Notes: generated by a model from the sequence alone, not told the origin. A DNA stretch of 64,000 nucleotides from Clostridia bacterium (GCA_016937975.1 JAFGVN010000053.1:34-64033); one strand, 5' to 3'. Positions 1 through 13,564 are shown, counted from the stretch's first letter. Program-made: numbers and translations.

Positions 1-43
1 GCAACCCTTTCTTTAATTGTTTAGGAAATGTAATTTCCTAAAC

Positions 44-70
44 AAAAAAAAAAGACCAGTAAACTGGTCT
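44..70 (-). terminator. Intrinsic terminator downstream of tuf
   Basis: Minus-strand hairpin AGACCAG-TTTA-CTGGTCT (53-70) followed by a long T-run (A-run 44-52 on + strand). A second perfect 11-bp hairpin lies at 19-43. Confidence 0.8.
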
Positions 71-80
71 TGATTTATGA

Positions 81-1277
81 TTAGTCTTCGAAGATTTTGA
101 TTACAGAACCTGAACCTACTGTTCTACCACCTTCACGGATAGAGAACTTTAATTGCTCTTCGATCGCGATTGGAGAAATTAACTCGATAGTCATTTCTAC
201 GTTGTCGCCAGGCATACACATTTCAACGCCTTCTTTAAGCTTAATGCTACCAGTAACGTCTGTAGTTCTGAAGAAGAACTGTGGTCTATAACCTGAGAAG
301 AATGGCTTATGACGTCCACCCTCTTCTTTTTTAAGAACGTAAACTTGAGCTTCGAATTTTGTATGTGGGTTGATAGTACCAGGAGCTGCAAGAACTTGAC
401 CTCTTTCGATTTCACTTCTTTGAACACCTCTTAATAAACAACCAATGTTGTCGCCTGCGAAACCTTCATCAAGAAGTTTCTTAAACATTTCAACACCAGT
501 ACAAACAACTTTTCTCTTATCTTCAGATAAACCAACGATTTCAATTTCGTTAGATACCTTTAAGATACCTCTTTCAATTCTACCTGTTGCAACTGTACCT
601 CTACCTGTGATAGAGAATACGTCCTCAACTGGCATTAAGAAAGGCTTATCAGTCGCTCTAGTTGGCTCTGGAACATACTCATCGATTACTTCGAATAATT
701 CGATAATTTTGTCACCCCACTCAGAAGAAGAATCTTCTAATGCTAATAAAGCAGAACCTCTGATGATTGGAGTGTCGTCGCCTGGGAAGTCATATTGGCT
801 TAATAAGTCTCTAACTTCCATTTCAACTAACTCTAATAATTCTTCGTCATCAACCATATCACATTTGTTTAAGAAAACAACGATGTATGGAACACCAACT
901 TGACGAGATAATAAGATATGCTCTCTAGTTTGTGGCATAGGACCATCTGCAGCAGAAACTACTAAGATAGAACCATCCATTTGAGCAGCACCAGTGATCA
1001 TGTTTTTAACGTAGTCAGCATGGCCTGGACAGTCAACGTGAGCATAGTGTCTATTAGGAGTTTCATACTCAACGTGTGCTGTAGAGATAGTGATACCTCT
1101 TTCTCTCTCTTCAGGTGCCTTGTCAATGTTTTCAAAATCAACCTTTGCGCCAAGGCCGTATCTGTCAAACAATACTTTTGTAATTGCAGCTGTTAAAGTT
1201 GTTTTACCGTGGTCAACGTGACCAATTGTACCAACGTTAACGTGTGGCTTATTTCTTTCAAACTTTTGCTTTGCCAT
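81..1277 (-). CDS. tuf: Elongation factor Tu
   Basis: 398 aa. Motifs [21 protein letters not shown]. Last gene of the str-operon order rpsL-rpsG-fusA-tuf. Confidence 0.99.
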   Translation of the reverse strand: MAKQKFERNKPHVNVGTIGHVDHGKTTLTAAITKVLFDRYGLGAKVDFENIDKAPEERERGITISTAHVEYETPNRHYAHVDCPGHADYVKNMITGAAQMDGSILVVSAADGPMPQTREHILLSRQVGVPYIVVFLNKCDMVDDEELLELVEMEVRDLLSQYDFPGDDTPIIRGSALLALEDSSSEWGDKIIELFEVIDEYVPEPTRATDKPFLMPVEDVFSITGRGTVATGRIERGILKVSNEIEIVGLSEDKRKVVCTGVEMFKKLLDEGFAGDNIGCLLRGVQRSEIERGQVLAAPGTINPHTKFEAQVYVLKKEEGGRHKPFFSGYRPQFFFRTTDVTGSIKLKEGVEMCMPGDNVEMTIELISPIAIEEQLKFSIREGGRTVGSGSVIKIFED

Positions 1278-1301
1278 TTTTGAAATTCCTCCCTTTATAA
1301 T

Positions 1302-3374
1302 TTATTTCTTGTCTCCCATGATCTTTTCAGCAATTGAATTTGGAACTTGATCATAGTGACTGAATAGCATAGTGTAAACACCACGTCCTTGAGTTCTAGA
1401 TCTCAAGTCAGTTGCGTAACCAAACATTTCTGATAATGGAACATGAGCTCTAATGATTTGAGCGCCATCCATTGCTTCCATACCTTCTAACTGACCACGA
1501 CGAGAGTTTAAGTCACCCATTACATCACCTAAGTAATCTTCTGGAGTTGTAACTTCAACTTTCATATATGGCTCAAGTAAAACAGCTTTACCTTTCTTCA
1601 TAGCATCTTTGAATGCCATAGAAGCAGCTAATTTAAATGCCATTTCAGAAGAGTCAACCTCATGGTATGAACCGTCGAATAATTCTGCTTCAACGTCTAC
1701 AACTTCATAACCAGCTAAGATACCATTTTGCATTGCGCCTTGGATACCTTGGTTAACTGGCTCGATGTATTCTTTAGGAACAGAACCACCAGTGATAGCA
1801 TTAATGAAGTTATAACCTTCACCAGCTTTTCTAGGTCTAAAGTGCATTTTAACATGACCGTATTGACCCTTACCACCTGATTGCTTAGAGTACTTATGCT
1901 CAATTGTAACTTCTTGAGTAAGTGTTTCTTTGTAAGCAACTTGTGGAGCACCGATGTTAGCTTCAACTTTAAATTCTCTTAAAAGTCTATCAACAATGAT
2001 TTCAAGGTGAAGTTCACCCATACCAGCAATAATAACCTGTCCAGTTTCTTCATCAGTATAAGTTTTGAATGTTGGATCCTCTTCAGCTAATTTAGCAAGG
2101 CCAAGACCCATCTTTTCTTGAGAAGCTCTTGTTTTAGGTTCAATAGCAACCTTAATAACTGGCTCAGGGAATTCCATCGACTCAAGAATTACAACATGAT
2201 CTTCTGAACATAAAGTATCACCAGTTGTTGTAAATTTTAAACCGATAGCTGCAGCAATATCACCAGAGTAAACCATTTTGATTTCTTCTCTGTTGTTTGC
2301 ATGCATTTGAAGAATACGACCGATTCTTTCTTTTTTATTTTTAGTTGAGTTTAATACATATGAACCTGCTTCAAGTGTACCTGAGTAAACTCTAAAGAAT
2401 GTTAACTTACCAACATATGGATCAGTCATGATCTTAAATGCTAAAGACGCAAATGGGCCTTTATCATCAGCTGGTCTAGCAACTTCTTGTTCAGTATCAG
2501 GATCAATACCTTTAATTGCTTGTACGTCAGTTGGTGCTGGCATGTAATCAATAACAGCGTCAAGAAGAATCTGAACACCTTTATTTTTGTATGCAGTACC
2601 ACATAATACAGGAACAATTAAGTTATCAATTGTAGCTTTTCTTAATGCTTTTACCAATGCAGCTTCTTCGATTTCTTCACCTTCAAGGTAAAGCATCATC
2701 AACTCTTCATCAGTTTCAGCGATAGCTTCAACCATTTGAGCACGCTTTTCTTCAGCTAAATCAGCTAAGTCAGCAGGAATGTCTGTAATTTCAATTTCTT
2801 TTCCAAGGTCATCTTTGTAAATATGAGCTTTCATAGTCATCAAGTTTACAATACCTAAGAATTTATCTTCAGCACCAATTGGTACTTGAATTGGAATTGC
2901 ATTTGCAGCTAATCTATCTTTCATCATTTGAACAACTCTGAAGAAATCTGCACCTGTAATATCCATTTTATTAACGAATGCCATTCTAGGTACTCTGTAC
3001 TTAACAGCTTGTCTCCAAACTGTCTCAGACTGAGGTTCAACCCCACCCTTTGCACAGAATACTGCAACTGTACCATCTAATACTTTAAGAGATCTTTCAA
3101 CTTCAACAGTGAAGTCAACGTGACCTGGTGTATCGATGATGTTAATTCTGTTGTTTTTCCATTGACAAGTAGTAGCAGCAGAAGTAATTGTGATACCTCT
3201 TTCTTGCTCCTGTTCCATCCAGTCCATAGTAGCTGCACCATCATGAACCTCACCAATTTTGTGAGAAACACCAGTGTAGTACAGGATTCTTTCAGTCGTA
3301 GTCGTCTTACCAGCATCGATGTGAGCCATGATGCCGATATTTCTTGTTCTCTCTAATGGGAACTGTCTAGACAC
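1302..3374 (-). CDS. fusA: Elongation factor G (canonical)
   Basis: 690 aa. Motifs [21 protein letters not shown]. Sits between rpsG and tuf. Confidence 0.98.
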   Translation of the reverse strand: MSRQFPLERTRNIGIMAHIDAGKTTTTERILYYTGVSHKIGEVHDGAATMDWMEQEQERGITITSAATTCQWKNNRINIIDTPGHVDFTVEVERSLKVLDGTVAVFCAKGGVEPQSETVWRQAVKYRVPRMAFVNKMDITGADFFRVVQMMKDRLAANAIPIQVPIGAEDKFLGIVNLMTMKAHIYKDDLGKEIEITDIPADLADLAEEKRAQMVEAIAETDEELMMLYLEGEEIEEAALVKALRKATIDNLIVPVLCGTAYKNKGVQILLDAVIDYMPAPTDVQAIKGIDPDTEQEVARPADDKGPFASLAFKIMTDPYVGKLTFFRVYSGTLEAGSYVLNSTKNKKERIGRILQMHANNREEIKMVYSGDIAAAIGLKFTTTGDTLCSEDHVVILESMEFPEPVIKVAIEPKTRASQEKMGLGLAKLAEEDPTFKTYTDEETGQVIIAGMGELHLEIIVDRLLREFKVEANIGAPQVAYKETLTQEVTIEHKYSKQSGGKGQYGHVKMHFRPRKAGEGYNFINAITGGSVPKEYIEPVNQGIQGAMQNGILAGYEVVDVEAELFDGSYHEVDSSEMAFKLAASMAFKDAMKKGKAVLLEPYMKVEVTTPEDYLGDVMGDLNSRRGQLEGMEAMDGAQIIRAHVPLSEMFGYATDLRSRTQGRGVYTMLFSHYDQVPNSIAEKIMGDKK

Positions 3375-3409
3375 TTCTTGTTCCTCCTTTATAAAAGTAT
3401 ACGTTTTAA

Positions 3410-3910
<501 letters not shown>

Positions 3911-3998
3911 TCATCGGTACTCGACAAATAGTATGCACTACATGTCGTTGTGCGTTTTGACTATATGAAGCCTTTACCGAAGTAAAGGCTTTTTATCA

Positions 3999-4418
3999 TT
4001 ACTTCTTCTTCTTAGGTCTCTTAGCACCGTATTTCGATCTTCCTTGTTCTCTCTTAGCAACACCTGAAGTATCTAATACACCTCTAACGATATGATATCT
4101 ACAACCTGGTAAGTCTTTTACTCTACCACCACGAATTAAAACAACACTGTGTTCTTGTAAGTTGTGGCCCTCACCTGGAATATATGCAGTTACTTCCATA
4201 CCATTAGAAAGTCTAACTCTGGCAACCTTTCTAAGAGCCGAGTTTGGCTTCTTAGGTGTTACAGTCTTAACTGAAGTACATACACCTCTTTTTTGTGGTG
4301 AAGTAGCTTTCGTTGCTTTTCTTTTTAATGAGTTAAAGCTTCTGTTTAAAGCAGGAGCAGTTGACTTTGAAGTCATTTGAGTTCTACCTTGCTTTACTAA
4401 TTGGTTAATAGTTGGCAT
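3999..4418 (-). CDS. rpsL: 30S ribosomal protein S12
   Basis: 139 aa, MPTINQL... start, [10 protein letters not shown] motif. Confidence 0.98.
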   Translation of the reverse strand: MPTINQLVKQGRTQMTSKSTAPALNRSFNSLKRKATKATSPQKRGVCTSVKTVTPKKPNSALRKVARVRLSNGMEVTAYIPGEGHNLQEHSVVLIRGGRVKDLPGCRYHIVRGVLDTSGVAKREQGRSKYGAKRPKKKK

Positions 4419-4457
4419 CCATGCACCTCCTCTCGTTTTCGTCTTAAAATATAGTCA

Positions 4458-4706
4458 TTATTCTACAATTACTGCCGTCGCAGCACCAACGTCAATATCA
4501 CATGCTCTACCAAGTTCCTCCATTGAATCCACATAAATGATTTCAACCTCTTTTTCCTCAGCGAGCTTTACAATACTTCTAATCACATGTTGTTCAGCAT
4601 CTTTCGCTATATAAAGCGCTTTTGCCTTTCCAGATGTAATTGTTTTGGAAGATTGCTTAATACCGATTTTCTTGTTATGAGCTGTTTCTAAGTCTTTAAT
4701 ATCCAA
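4458..4706 (-). CDS. L7Ae-family ribosome-associated protein (YbxF-like), 82 aa
   Basis: The C-terminal 82 aa of the track ORF resemble the small L7Ae/YbxF protein that Firmicutes encode between rpoC and rpsL. A TTG at 4706 lies 4 nt after AAGGAGGTG (4711-4719). The track ORF (to 4814) is over-extended by 36 codons. Confidence 0.8.
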   Translation of the reverse strand: MDIKDLETAHNKKIGIKQSSKTITSGKAKALYIAKDAEQHVIRSIVKLAEEKEVEIIYVDSMEELGRACDIDVGAATAVIVE

Positions 4707-4841
4707 AGAACACCTCCTTAACTCATCATTTGAGTAAGAAGTTATCTTGACATAATTTTTACAAGATAACATACTCAAACATTGTACCACCATCCCTGTA
4801 ATATTGTCAATCATTTTAACAAAATACTTACAGAGGGAATC

Positions 4842-7800
4842 TTATAAAAACACCTCTTGCATATCAACATCTGTTTTCTTTTCATAGGCAACGTTTTTAT
4901 ATTTTCTTAAGCCTGTTCCTGCTGGAATTAACTTACCAATTATGACGTTTTCCTTTAAGCCTAACAGTTGATCTTCTTTTCCTTTTACTGCAGCATCTGT
5001 TAACACACGTGTTGTTTCCTGGAATGAAGCAGCTGATAAGAATGAATCGGTTGCTAACGACGCTTTAGTAATACCATATAATGCTCGAGTACCATCCATT
5101 GGCTGTAAGCCTTCTGCGATTAAAGTTTTGTTAACATCTTTAAATTCTTTAAAGTTAATGATTCTGCCTGGTAGATTATCTGAATCACCTGGATCATCAA
5201 CACGAATCTTAGACAACATCTGTCTTACAATTACTTCAATATGCTTATCATCAATATCAACACCTTGAAGTCTATATACGATTTGGATTTCCTTAACGAT
5301 GTACTCTTGTACACCAGTTACACCAACTACTCGTAAAATATCATGTGGATTAATTGAACCTTCAGTGATTTTATCACCAGCTTGTACATAATCTCCATCT
5401 TGAACTCTTAAACGAGAACCATAGACAATTTGAGATGAATGAGATTCGCCAGATTCATTTGTAATAATAACTTCTTGTTTACGCTTTGTCTCTTGGAAAG
5501 AAATTTTACCAGAGATTTCAGCAATAACTGCCATACCTTTTGGTTTACGGCCTTCAAATAATTCCTCAACCCTCGGAAGACCTTGAGTAATATCGGCACC
5601 GGCAACACCACCTGTATGGAAGGTTCTCATCGTTAACTGTGTACCCGGTTCACCGATAGATTGAGCTGCAATTGTTCCTACCGCTTCACCAACAGCCATT
5701 TCACGACCAGTTGCCAAGTTACGACCGTAACACTTACAGCAAACGCCATGCTCTGCTTCACAGTTAAGTACTGAACGAATTTCTACTTCTTTAATACCTG
5801 CAGCAACTATGGCTTCAGCTATTGGTTTATTAATCATGTTCTTTGAAGATGCAATAACTTCTCCAGTTTCAGGATGTAAAACATCTCTAACTGGATAACG
5901 ACCGTCTAAACGTTCTGCTAAACCTTCAATGATTTGATTGTTTTCTACAATGTCTCTAACAACGATACCGATGTCAGCGCCACAATCTACTTCACGAACA
6001 ATAACGTCCTGGGCTACGTCAACAAGTCTTCTTGTTAAGTAACCTGAATCGGCTGTTCTTAATGCCGTATCAGCAAGACCTTTTCTCGCACCTGTTGTTG
6101 AAATAAAGTATTCCAGAACAGAAAGACCTTCTCTAAAGTTTGATAGGATTGGGATCTCAACTGTACGACCAGTTGCATTGGCCATAAGACCACGCATCGC
6201 ACCCAACTGACGAATCTGGTTTCTTGAACCACGGGCACCAGAGTTTGCCATGATTGCAATGTTGTTCAATCTTGACATGGAATCCATCAAGGAGTTTGTA
6301 ACATCTTCTGTCGTTTGCGTCCAAGTATGAATAATACCTTCATAACGTTCTTCTTCAGTTAAAAAGCCTCTTCTGAATGCTGTTTGGTATTGTTCAACTT
6401 TTAATCTTGAAGCTTCTACGATTTCCCATTTGTTATCTGGAATAATCATATCATCTACAGCAACTGTAATTGCAGACTGAGTAGAGAATTTGAAACCAAG
6501 GTTTTTGATTGAATCCATAATTTGAGCCGTTACAGTATTACCTGTTTTCTCATAACAACTTGCAATAATGTTTTCCAAGTCTTTTTTAGCACATAAGAAG
6601 TCAATTTCTAATGCATATGGATTTTCATCTCTATTAACGAAACCAAGTGATTGAGGAATTTCACTGTTGAAGATAAATCTACCAACGGTTGATTCAACAA
6701 TTTTACCTGTATCTTCATTATTTAATTTAACTCTTACACCAACTTTAGCATGTAAATGAACACTACCATTTCTGTATGCCATATACATTTCATCAAAGTC
6801 TTTAAAGATTTTACCTTCACCTTTAACGCCATCAACTTGTAGCGTTAAATAGTAAGCACCTAAAACCATATCCTGTGTAGGTGTTGTAATTGGTAAACCA
6901 TCTTTAGGAGCAAGGATGTTGTTTACTGATAACATCAAGTATCTTGCTTCTGCTTGAGCTTCTACGGATAAAGGTACGTGAACCGCCATTTGGTCACCAT
7001 CGAAGTCGGCGTTGTAAGCAGTACATACAAGTGGATGTAGTCTAATTGCTTTACCATCAACTAAAACAGGTTCAAAGGCTTGGATACCCAATCTATGAAG
7101 GGTTGGTGCACGGTTAAGAAGTACTGGATGATTCTTGATTACATCTTCAACAATCGGCCACACTTCAGGTTTAGCACGCTCAACCATACGCTTAGCACTC
7201 TTGATATTGTGTACAATTTCCTCTTGAACCAAACGTTTCATTACGAAAGGTTTAAATAATTCAAGAGCCATTTTTCTTGGAAGACCACATTGATAGAATT
7301 TCAAAGTAGGTCCAACAACGATAACCGAACGACCAGAATAGTCAACACGCTTACCAAGTAAGTTTTGTCTAAAACGACCTTGCTTACCTTTAAGCATATC
7401 TGATAATGATCTTAATGGTCTGTTGCCAGGTCCAGTTACAGGTCTACCTCTTCTACCGTTATCAATTAAAGAGTCAACAGCTTCTTGAAGCATTCTCTTT
7501 TCGTTTCTAACGATAATGTCTGGAGCCCCTAATTCTAATAAACGCTTTAATCTGTTATTTCTATTGATAACACGTCTATACAAGTCATTTAAGTCAGATG
7601 TTGCAAAACGACCACCATCTAATTGAACCATTGGTCTTAAATCCGGTGGGATTACAGGCACAACGTCCATGATCATCCACTCAGGACTGTTGCCTGAGAT
7701 TCTAAAGTCATCTACAACTTCTAATCTTCTGATCAACTTAACTTTCTTTTGACCTGTCGCTTCTTGATACATAGCTTTTAGCTCATCTCTTAAAGCATCT

Positions 7801-8351
7801 AAGTCGATATCTTGAAGAATTGATCTTACTGCTTCAGCACCCATACCCGCTTTGAAAGAAGAACCAAATTGTTCTCTCGCTTCAGCATACTCTTTTTCAG
7901 ACATCACTTGTTTGTAAGATAAAGAAGTATCACCTGCATCAGTTACGATATACGAAGCAAAATATAAAATCTTTTCTAAAGATCTTGGTGACATATCCAG
8001 TAAGATACCCATTTTAGAAGGAATACCTCTAAAATACCAAATATGAGAAACCGGTGCAGCCAACTCAATGTGACCCATTCTCTCACGTCTTACTTTTGAT
8101 TTTGTCACTTCTACACCACATCGGTCACATATAACACCTTTGTAGCGTACTCTTTTGTATTTACCACAATGACATTCCCAGTCCTTTGTAGGTCCAAATA
8201 TTTTTTCACAGAACAATCCTTCACGTTCAGGTTTTAAAGTTCTGTAGTTAATTGTTTCCGGTTTCTTAACTTCTCCACGCGACCAGCTTCTGATTTTTTC
8301 AGGAGAGGCTAAGCGAATCTTTATGGAATCAAAATTATCAAATTCTAGCAA
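4842..8351 (-). CDS. rpoC: DNA-directed RNA polymerase subunit beta'
   Basis: 1169 aa with NADFDGD catalytic motif. TTG start preceded by GGGAG. Confidence 0.99.
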   Translation of the reverse strand: MLEFDNFDSIKIRLASPEKIRSWSRGEVKKPETINYRTLKPEREGLFCEKIFGPTKDWECHCGKYKRVRYKGVICDRCGVEVTKSKVRRERMGHIELAAPVSHIWYFRGIPSKMGILLDMSPRSLEKILYFASYIVTDAGDTSLSYKQVMSEKEYAEAREQFGSSFKAGMGAEAVRSILQDIDLDALRDELKAMYQEATGQKKVKLIRRLEVVDDFRISGNSPEWMIMDVVPVIPPDLRPMVQLDGGRFATSDLNDLYRRVINRNNRLKRLLELGAPDIIVRNEKRMLQEAVDSLIDNGRRGRPVTGPGNRPLRSLSDMLKGKQGRFRQNLLGKRVDYSGRSVIVVGPTLKFYQCGLPRKMALELFKPFVMKRLVQEEIVHNIKSAKRMVERAKPEVWPIVEDVIKNHPVLLNRAPTLHRLGIQAFEPVLVDGKAIRLHPLVCTAYNADFDGDQMAVHVPLSVEAQAEARYLMLSVNNILAPKDGLPITTPTQDMVLGAYYLTLQVDGVKGEGKIFKDFDEMYMAYRNGSVHLHAKVGVRVKLNNEDTGKIVESTVGRFIFNSEIPQSLGFVNRDENPYALEIDFLCAKKDLENIIASCYEKTGNTVTAQIMDSIKNLGFKFSTQSAITVAVDDMIIPDNKWEIVEASRLKVEQYQTAFRRGFLTEEERYEGIIHTWTQTTEDVTNSLMDSMSRLNNIAIMANSGARGSRNQIRQLGAMRGLMANATGRTVEIPILSNFREGLSVLEYFISTTGARKGLADTALRTADSGYLTRRLVDVAQDVIVREVDCGADIGIVVRDIVENNQIIEGLAERLDGRYPVRDVLHPETGEVIASSKNMINKPIAEAIVAAGIKEVEIRSVLNCEAEHGVCCKCYGRNLATGREMAVGEAVGTIAAQSIGEPGTQLTMRTFHTGGVAGADITQGLPRVEELFEGRKPKGMAVIAEISGKISFQETKRKQEVIITNESGESHSSQIVYGSRLRVQDGDYVQAGDKITEGSINPHDILRVVGVTGVQEYIVKEIQIVYRLQGVDIDDKHIEVIVRQMLSKIRVDDPGDSDNLPGRIINFKEFKDVNKTLIAEGLQPMDGTRALYGITKASLATDSFLSAASFQETTRVLTDAAVKGKEDQLLGLKENVIIGKLIPAGTGLRKYKNVAYEKKTDVDMQEVFL

Positions 8352-8416
8352 GGTGTCGCTCCCTTCTTAAGTAATAGCTTATACCTAGTTAGGGTGTAGC
8401 CCGAAGGCTACAACCA

Positions 8417-11400
8417 TTAGTCTTCAAAATCTAAATCAATGTCATCTGCCATTAAATCATCCGACAATGCATCTTCAAAATCATCATCTTCGATTAATTC
8501 GCCAGTTTCATCTTCGATTAAAATTCCATCTCCAGATTCAGCATCGTTTACGATTAAATCATCTAAATCAGAAGGATCATCTGCAAACTCATCATCTTCC
8601 TTCATTTCAATTTCACCACCAGATTTAATAACACTTACATCTAACGCTAAAGATTGGAATTCTTTAATTAATACTTTAAACGATTCTGGAATACCCGGTT
8701 CAGGAATGTTTTCACCTTTTACGATGGCTTCATATGCTTTAACACGACCAATAACATCATCTGATTTCACTGTTAAGATCTCCTGAAGTGTGTATGCAGC
8801 ACCATATGCTTCTAATGCCCATACCTCCATCTCACCAAAACGCTGACCACCAAACTGCGCCTTACCACCAAGAGGTTGCTGTGTTACCAACGAGTAAGGA
8901 CCTGTAGAACGCGCATGGATCTTATCATCAACTAAGTGATGCAGTTTTAGCATGTACATGTAACCAACTGTAACAGGGTTATCAAAATACTCACCAGTTC
9001 TACCATCACGTAAATTCAATTTTCCGCTTCTTGGATAACCAGCTTTTTCTAGCAAATCAGCAATTTGAGGTTCTTTTGCACCATCAAATGCCATAGTTGC
9101 CACATTCCATCCTAATTTCTTAGCTGCAAGACCTAAGTGAATCTCAAGTACCTGACCGATGTTCATACGTGATGGAACCCCTAATGGGTTAAGGATGATT
9201 TGTACTGGTGTACCATCATCTGCAAACGGCATATCTTCAATAGGTAATATACGAGAAATAACCCCTTTGTTACCATGACGACCAGCCATTTTATCACCAA
9301 CGTTTATCTTACGCTTCTTAGCGATATAAACTCTAACTAGAAGGTTAACACCTGGAGATAATTCATCACCATTTTCTCTAACGAATACTTTCACATCTAC
9401 GATGATACCAGCTTCACCATGAGGTACTTTTAAGGATGTATCTCTTACTTCTCTAGCTTTTTCACCAAAGATCGCTCTTAAAAGACGTTCTTCAGCAGTT
9501 AATTCAGTTTCCCCTTTAGGAGTAACCTTACCAACTAAAATGTCACCAGGGCCAACTTCAGCACCTATACGAATAATACCACGATCATCCAAATCTTTAA
9601 GTGCATCTTCACCTACGTTTGGAATATCACGTGTAATTTCTTCTGGTCCTAACTTTGTATCTCTTGCTTCACACTCATATTCCTCAATATGAATAGAAGT
9701 TAATGCGTCTTTTCTTACCAACTCTTCAGATAATAAAATCGCATCCTCATAGTTGTAACCATTCCATGTCATGAAGGCTACTTGCAAGTTTGTTCCAAGT
9801 GCCATCTCACCATTGTGTGTTGATGGACCATCTGAAATAATATGACCAGCTTTTAGCTTTTGACCTTTGCTTACAAGTGGTGTTTGGTTAACACATGTAC
9901 CTTGGTTTGAACGCTTGAATTTCAATAAATCAAATGTATCTTTTACGTGAGAATCATCACGTTTTAAAACTATTTTAGTAGCAGAAACATACTCTACAGT
10001 AGAATCAGCTGGTGCAATGTTCACAGCACCTGAATCTCTTGCTGAGAAATATTCCATACCTGTACCGATAATTGGTGCATCTGCAATTAACAATGGTACG
10101 GCCTGCTTCTGCATGTTCGCACCCATCAGAGCTCTGTTGGCATCGTCATTCTCTAAGAAAGGAATTAAAGATGTTGCAACAGAAATCATTTGTTGAGGAG
10201 AAACTTCCATTAACGAAACTTCTTCACGTGCAAATTCTTTGATGTCTCCACGTCTTCTACCAACAACTGATTTGTTCTTAATGAAGCCTTCTTCATCAAT
10301 TTCTTCTAATGCTGTTACAATAACTGCATCTTTTTCTTCATCAGCCGACATGTAACGGATTTCTCCAGTTACCTTACCAGTACCTTTCTCAACGACATTA
10401 TATGGCGCTTCAACAAAACCATAATCATTGATTTCAGCAAAAATTGATAAGTTACCAATCAAACCGATGTTTGGACCTTCAGGCGTTTCAATTGGACACA
10501 TTCTACCATAGTGAGAATAGTGAACGTCACGAACCTCGAAGCCTGCTCTTTCTCTAGAAAGACCACCTGGTCCTAATGCTGATAATCTTCTTAAGTTCGT
10601 TAACTCAGCTAATGGGTTGTTTTGATCCATGAACTGGGATAACTGTGAACTACCAAAGAATTCTTTAATCGCTGCTGTAACAGGACGAATATTGATTAAC
10701 GCTTGTGGTGTAATAGCATCCATCTCTTGAATGGTCATTCTTTCACGAACAACACGTTCCATACGAGACAAACCAATTCTAAATTGATTTTGAAGCAATT
10801 CACCAACAGAACGAATTCTTCTGTTGCCTAAATGGTCAATATCATCAATTGTACCAATACCCTCTGCTAAATTTAAAATATAGCTGAATGAGGCAATAAT
10901 ATCATCAACAATAATGTTTTTAGGTACAAGATCTTTTCTTCTTAAGTTAATATTCTCACGAATATCATCTTCTTCTGTGTAATTGTCTAAAATTTCTTTC
11001 AGTACAGGATAATGTACTTTCCCAGAAATCTTTAACCCCTTTACATTAACAAATTTAGCTAAATCTACAAAGTGACTGCCTACTACTTTGACAGACTTGT
11101 CTTCATTATTTAATACATTTACAACTTTAATACCAGCATTTTCAACTTCAAATGCCTTCTTCTCAGAAATTCGTTGACCTTCTTCTACAATAATTTCACC
11201 TGTAGTTGGATGAACTATATTTTCTGCTGCTACAAATTCCATAATACGATCTGCAACACCAAGTTTTTTATTGTATTTATAACGACCTACTTTTGCTAAA
11301 TCATAACGTTTATCATCAAATAATAATGAGAATAACAAACTCTTTGCATTGTCAACGTTAGGCGGTTCACCTGGACGCAACTTTTTATAAATTTCAACTA

Positions 11401-12097
11401 AAGCCTCATCTTGTGAAGACGTTGAATCTTTTTCCAATGTTCTTAGAAGTCTTTCTGACTCACCAAAGATACTAATGATTTCATGATCTGTTTCAAAACC
11501 TAAAGCTCTGATGAAAACAGTTGCAGGCAATTTTCTAGTACGGTCAATACGTACGGAAATAATATCATTAGAATCTGTTTCATATTCTAACCACGCACCA
11601 CGATTCGGGATTACAGTTGTTGAATATAATTGCGAACCAACTTTATCAAATTTCATATCGTAATATGGACCAGGAGAACGAACTAACTGAGATACAATTA
11701 CACGTTCTGCACCGTTGATAACGAAAGTTCCCTTTTCTGTCATCATAGGGAAATCACCCATGAATACTTTTTGTTCTTTTACTTCACCAGTTTCTTTGTT
11801 GATGAATCTTACTTGAACCTTTAATGGTACAGCGTAAGTTACATCACGATCTTTACATTCTTCAATTTCATACTTCGCCTTGTCTTCTAATTCATAACCT
11901 ACGAATTCAAGTACAAGATTTCCAGTATAGTCCTCGATTGGTGAAATGTCATTGAAAGCTTCCATTAATCCAGTTTCTAAAAACCATCTAAAAGACTTCT
12001 TTTGTACTTCAACTAGATTCGGTCGTTCAATTACATCTTGAACTCTTGAAAAACTCATTCTCTCAGCATTTCCGAGTTGTATAGGTTGCGGCATCAA
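8417..12097 (-). CDS. rpoB: DNA-directed RNA polymerase subunit beta
   Basis: 1226 aa full-length RpoB with an acidic C-terminal tail. The start is TTG at 12097 or the adjacent ATG at 12094, after AAGGGGTGA. Confidence 0.99.
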   Translation of the reverse strand: MMPQPIQLGNAERMSFSRVQDVIERPNLVEVQKKSFRWFLETGLMEAFNDISPIEDYTGNLVLEFVGYELEDKAKYEIEECKDRDVTYAVPLKVQVRFINKETGEVKEQKVFMGDFPMMTEKGTFVINGAERVIVSQLVRSPGPYYDMKFDKVGSQLYSTTVIPNRGAWLEYETDSNDIISVRIDRTRKLPATVFIRALGFETDHEIISIFGESERLLRTLEKDSTSSQDEALVEIYKKLRPGEPPNVDNAKSLLFSLLFDDKRYDLAKVGRYKYNKKLGVADRIMEFVAAENIVHPTTGEIIVEEGQRISEKKAFEVENAGIKVVNVLNNEDKSVKVVGSHFVDLAKFVNVKGLKISGKVHYPVLKEILDNYTEEDDIRENINLRRKDLVPKNIIVDDIIASFSYILNLAEGIGTIDDIDHLGNRRIRSVGELLQNQFRIGLSRMERVVRERMTIQEMDAITPQALINIRPVTAAIKEFFGSSQLSQFMDQNNPLAELTNLRRLSALGPGGLSRERAGFEVRDVHYSHYGRMCPIETPEGPNIGLIGNLSIFAEINDYGFVEAPYNVVEKGTGKVTGEIRYMSADEEKDAVIVTALEEIDEEGFIKNKSVVGRRRGDIKEFAREEVSLMEVSPQQMISVATSLIPFLENDDANRALMGANMQKQAVPLLIADAPIIGTGMEYFSARDSGAVNIAPADSTVEYVSATKIVLKRDDSHVKDTFDLLKFKRSNQGTCVNQTPLVSKGQKLKAGHIISDGPSTHNGEMALGTNLQVAFMTWNGYNYEDAILLSEELVRKDALTSIHIEEYECEARDTKLGPEEITRDIPNVGEDALKDLDDRGIIRIGAEVGPGDILVGKVTPKGETELTAEERLLRAIFGEKAREVRDTSLKVPHGEAGIIVDVKVFVRENGDELSPGVNLLVRVYIAKKRKINVGDKMAGRHGNKGVISRILPIEDMPFADDGTPVQIILNPLGVPSRMNIGQVLEIHLGLAAKKLGWNVATMAFDGAKEPQIADLLEKAGYPRSGKLNLRDGRTGEYFDNPVTVGYMYMLKLHHLVDDKIHARSTGPYSLVTQQPLGGKAQFGGQRFGEMEVWALEAYGAAYTLQEILTVKSDDVIGRVKAYEAIVKGENIPEPGIPESFKVLIKEFQSLALDVSVIKSGGEIEMKEDDEFADDPSDLDDLIVNDAESGDGILIEDETGELIEDDDFEDALSDDLMADDIDLDFED

Positions 12098-12244
12098 CTG
12101 TTCACCCCTTAAGTAAAATTTTTTGTTTATTTTAAGAGAATATTAAATTTCTCTTTACGTTTAAAACCATGACAAAAAGCCGATATAAGGTTTTGCTATT
12201 TTTTTGCATAACAAAACAGATATCGAAACTTATGCCATTTTAAA

Positions 12245-12273
12245 ACTATATCATAATAAAATGATATAGTCAA
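12245..12273 (-). promoter_or_regulatory. Candidate sigma-A promoter in the rplL-rpoB spacer
   Basis: Minus strand: TTGACT (12273-12268), 17-nt spacer ending in TG, TATAGT (12250-12245). Confidence 0.4.
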
Positions 12274-12374
12274 TTATTTTCTTGTTTTATATATCCTGTT
12301 TTTTATTTTTATAAACAATCTATTTTTCAATTTTTTGAAAATTAAATTCTTTTTAAAACGCTCTGAACCTTGAA

Positions 12375-12403
12375 AGAAAAAAAGGGCTTCTTTGGAAACC
12401 CTT
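12375..12403 (-). terminator. Terminator/attenuator after rplL, upstream of rpoB
   Basis: Hairpin AAGGGTTTC-CAAA-GAAGCCCTT followed by a T-run on the minus strand. It sits between rplL and the long rpoB leader. Confidence 0.7.
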
Positions 12404-12417
12404 TTCATTGACTTGAA

Positions 12418-12783
12418 TTATTTTAATTCGATAGCAGCGCCAGCTTCTTCTAACTTAGCTTTCATAGCTTCAGCTTCTTCTTTAGTTACTTGCTCTTTGA
12501 TTGTACTTGGAGCACCATCAACTAAGTCTTTAGCTTCTTTTAAGCCTAAACCAGTAAGTTCTCTTACAACTTTGATAACGCCGATTTTCTTAGCGCCAGC
12601 ATTAGCTAATACTACGTCGAATTCAGTTTTTTCGTCAGCAGCAGCAGCTTCGCCACCAGCAGCAGCAACAACTACAGGAGCAGATGCTGATACACCAAAC
12701 TCTTCTTCACATGCTTTTACTAATTCGTTTAATTCTAAAACAGTCATTTCCTTAATTGCTTCAATGATTTGCTCTTTGTTCAT
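12418..12783 (-). CDS. rplL: 50S ribosomal protein L7/L12
   Basis: 121 aa with an Ala-rich hinge and C-terminal ...LKEAKDLVD...KAKLEEAGA. Confidence 0.98.
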   Translation of the reverse strand: MNKEQIIEAIKEMTVLELNELVKACEEEFGVSASAPVVVAAAGGEAAAADEKTEFDVVLANAGAKKIGVIKVVRELTGLGLKEAKDLVDGAPSTIKEQVTKEEAEAMKAKLEEAGAAIELK

Positions 12784-12800
12784 AATACACCTCCGAATAA

Positions 12801-13370
12801 TTATGCTTCTGTTGAAGCTTCAGCTTCTACACTAATTTCTTCAGCCGCTGCTTCAGCAGGCTGTACATTTTGTTCACCGTTTTCTACTCTTTTATCAACA
12901 ATGTTCTTAATTAAGTAAGCAAAGTTTGATATTGGAGCTTGGAAAGAACCAACAAGTCTTGAAAGTAATACTTCTCTTGAAGGGATATCTGCAATTTCAA
13001 TAATTTTTGCATTATCATAGTATGCACCTTCAACAACACCTGCTTTTAATTCCAACTTATCATTTGTTTTAGCAAATTCTTTTACGATTTTTGCTGGTGT
13101 AACAGGATCATCATAACCAAATGCTACAGCACTTGGGCCTGCTAAATCTGCTGTTAAACCTTCAAATGTACTATCTTTGATAGCTAATTTCATTAAGTTG
13201 TTTTTGTAAACTTTATACTCAACGCCAGCTTCTCTGAATTTGTTTCTCAAGTCAGTCACTTGTTCAACAGTAAGACCTCTATAATCTACTAGAACCGCTG
13301 ATTTTGCATTTGAAAACTTCTCGCGAATTTCTTCAACTTTAACTTTTTTGATTTCAAAGTTTTGAGACAT
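12801..13370 (-). CDS. rplJ: 50S ribosomal protein L10
   Basis: 189 aa, directly upstream of rplL. Carries an extra acidic/Ala-rich C-terminal tail. Confidence 0.95.
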   Translation of the reverse strand: MSQNFEIKKVKVEEIREKFSNAKSAVLVDYRGLTVEQVTDLRNKFREAGVEYKVYKNNLMKLAIKDSTFEGLTADLAGPSAVAFGYDDPVTPAKIVKEFAKTNDKLELKAGVVEGAYYDNAKIIEIADIPSREVLLSRLVGSFQAPISNFAYLIKNIVDKRVENGEQNVQPAEAAAEEISVEAEASTEA

Positions 13371-13384
13371 TCGTCCACCTCCTC

Positions 13385-13535
13385 TTTTGGATTTATGGAT
13401 TCACCGTATATAAGAAACCCCTTCTTATCCAAGACAAAAAGGGGTAATAAATCTAATCTATCTATACCTCGGTAGGATTATTAAACTTTCGTCCCTACTG
13501 TCTTTGGTGAATACTCGTATTTATTTTTCTAATGA
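13385..13535 (-). promoter_or_regulatory. rplJ (L10) leader with attenuator hairpin
   Basis: About 165-nt untranslated leader. Contains stem GTAGG...CCTAC and a terminator-like hairpin ACCCCTT...AAGGGGT (13417-13445) followed by TTTCTTAT, just before the rplJ RBS. Confidence 0.55.
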
Positions 13536-13564
13536 AGTTTATCATGTAAGTTGATAAATGTCAA
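13536..13564 (-). promoter_or_regulatory. Candidate rplJL promoter
   Basis: Minus strand: TTGACA (13564-13559), 17-nt spacer ending in TGA, TAAACT (13541-13536). Confidence 0.5.

Noticed and set aside
97-1196. Several 64-152-aa plus-strand ORFs inside tuf. Similar antisense or nested ORFs occur inside fusA, rpoC, the protease gene, tadA, nrdJ and others.
   Set aside because: All lie wholly within strongly supported genes. They lack Shine-Dalgarno sequences and have low-complexity or hydrophobic-junk composition typical of AT-rich antisense frames.
8439-8786. 115-aa Ser-rich plus-strand ORF, and the highly acidic C-terminal tail of RpoB it mirrors
   Set aside because: The antisense ORF is an artefact of GAT/GAA repeats. 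Acidic RpoB tails also occur in Bacillus, so the tail is not treated as unusual.
12392-12835. 147-aa plus-strand ORF rich in Ala/Ser, antisense to rplL and the end of rplJ
   Set aside because: It mirrors the GCx/GAA-rich codons of L7/L12 exactly. It has no RBS and is low complexity. The minus-strand genes are unambiguous.
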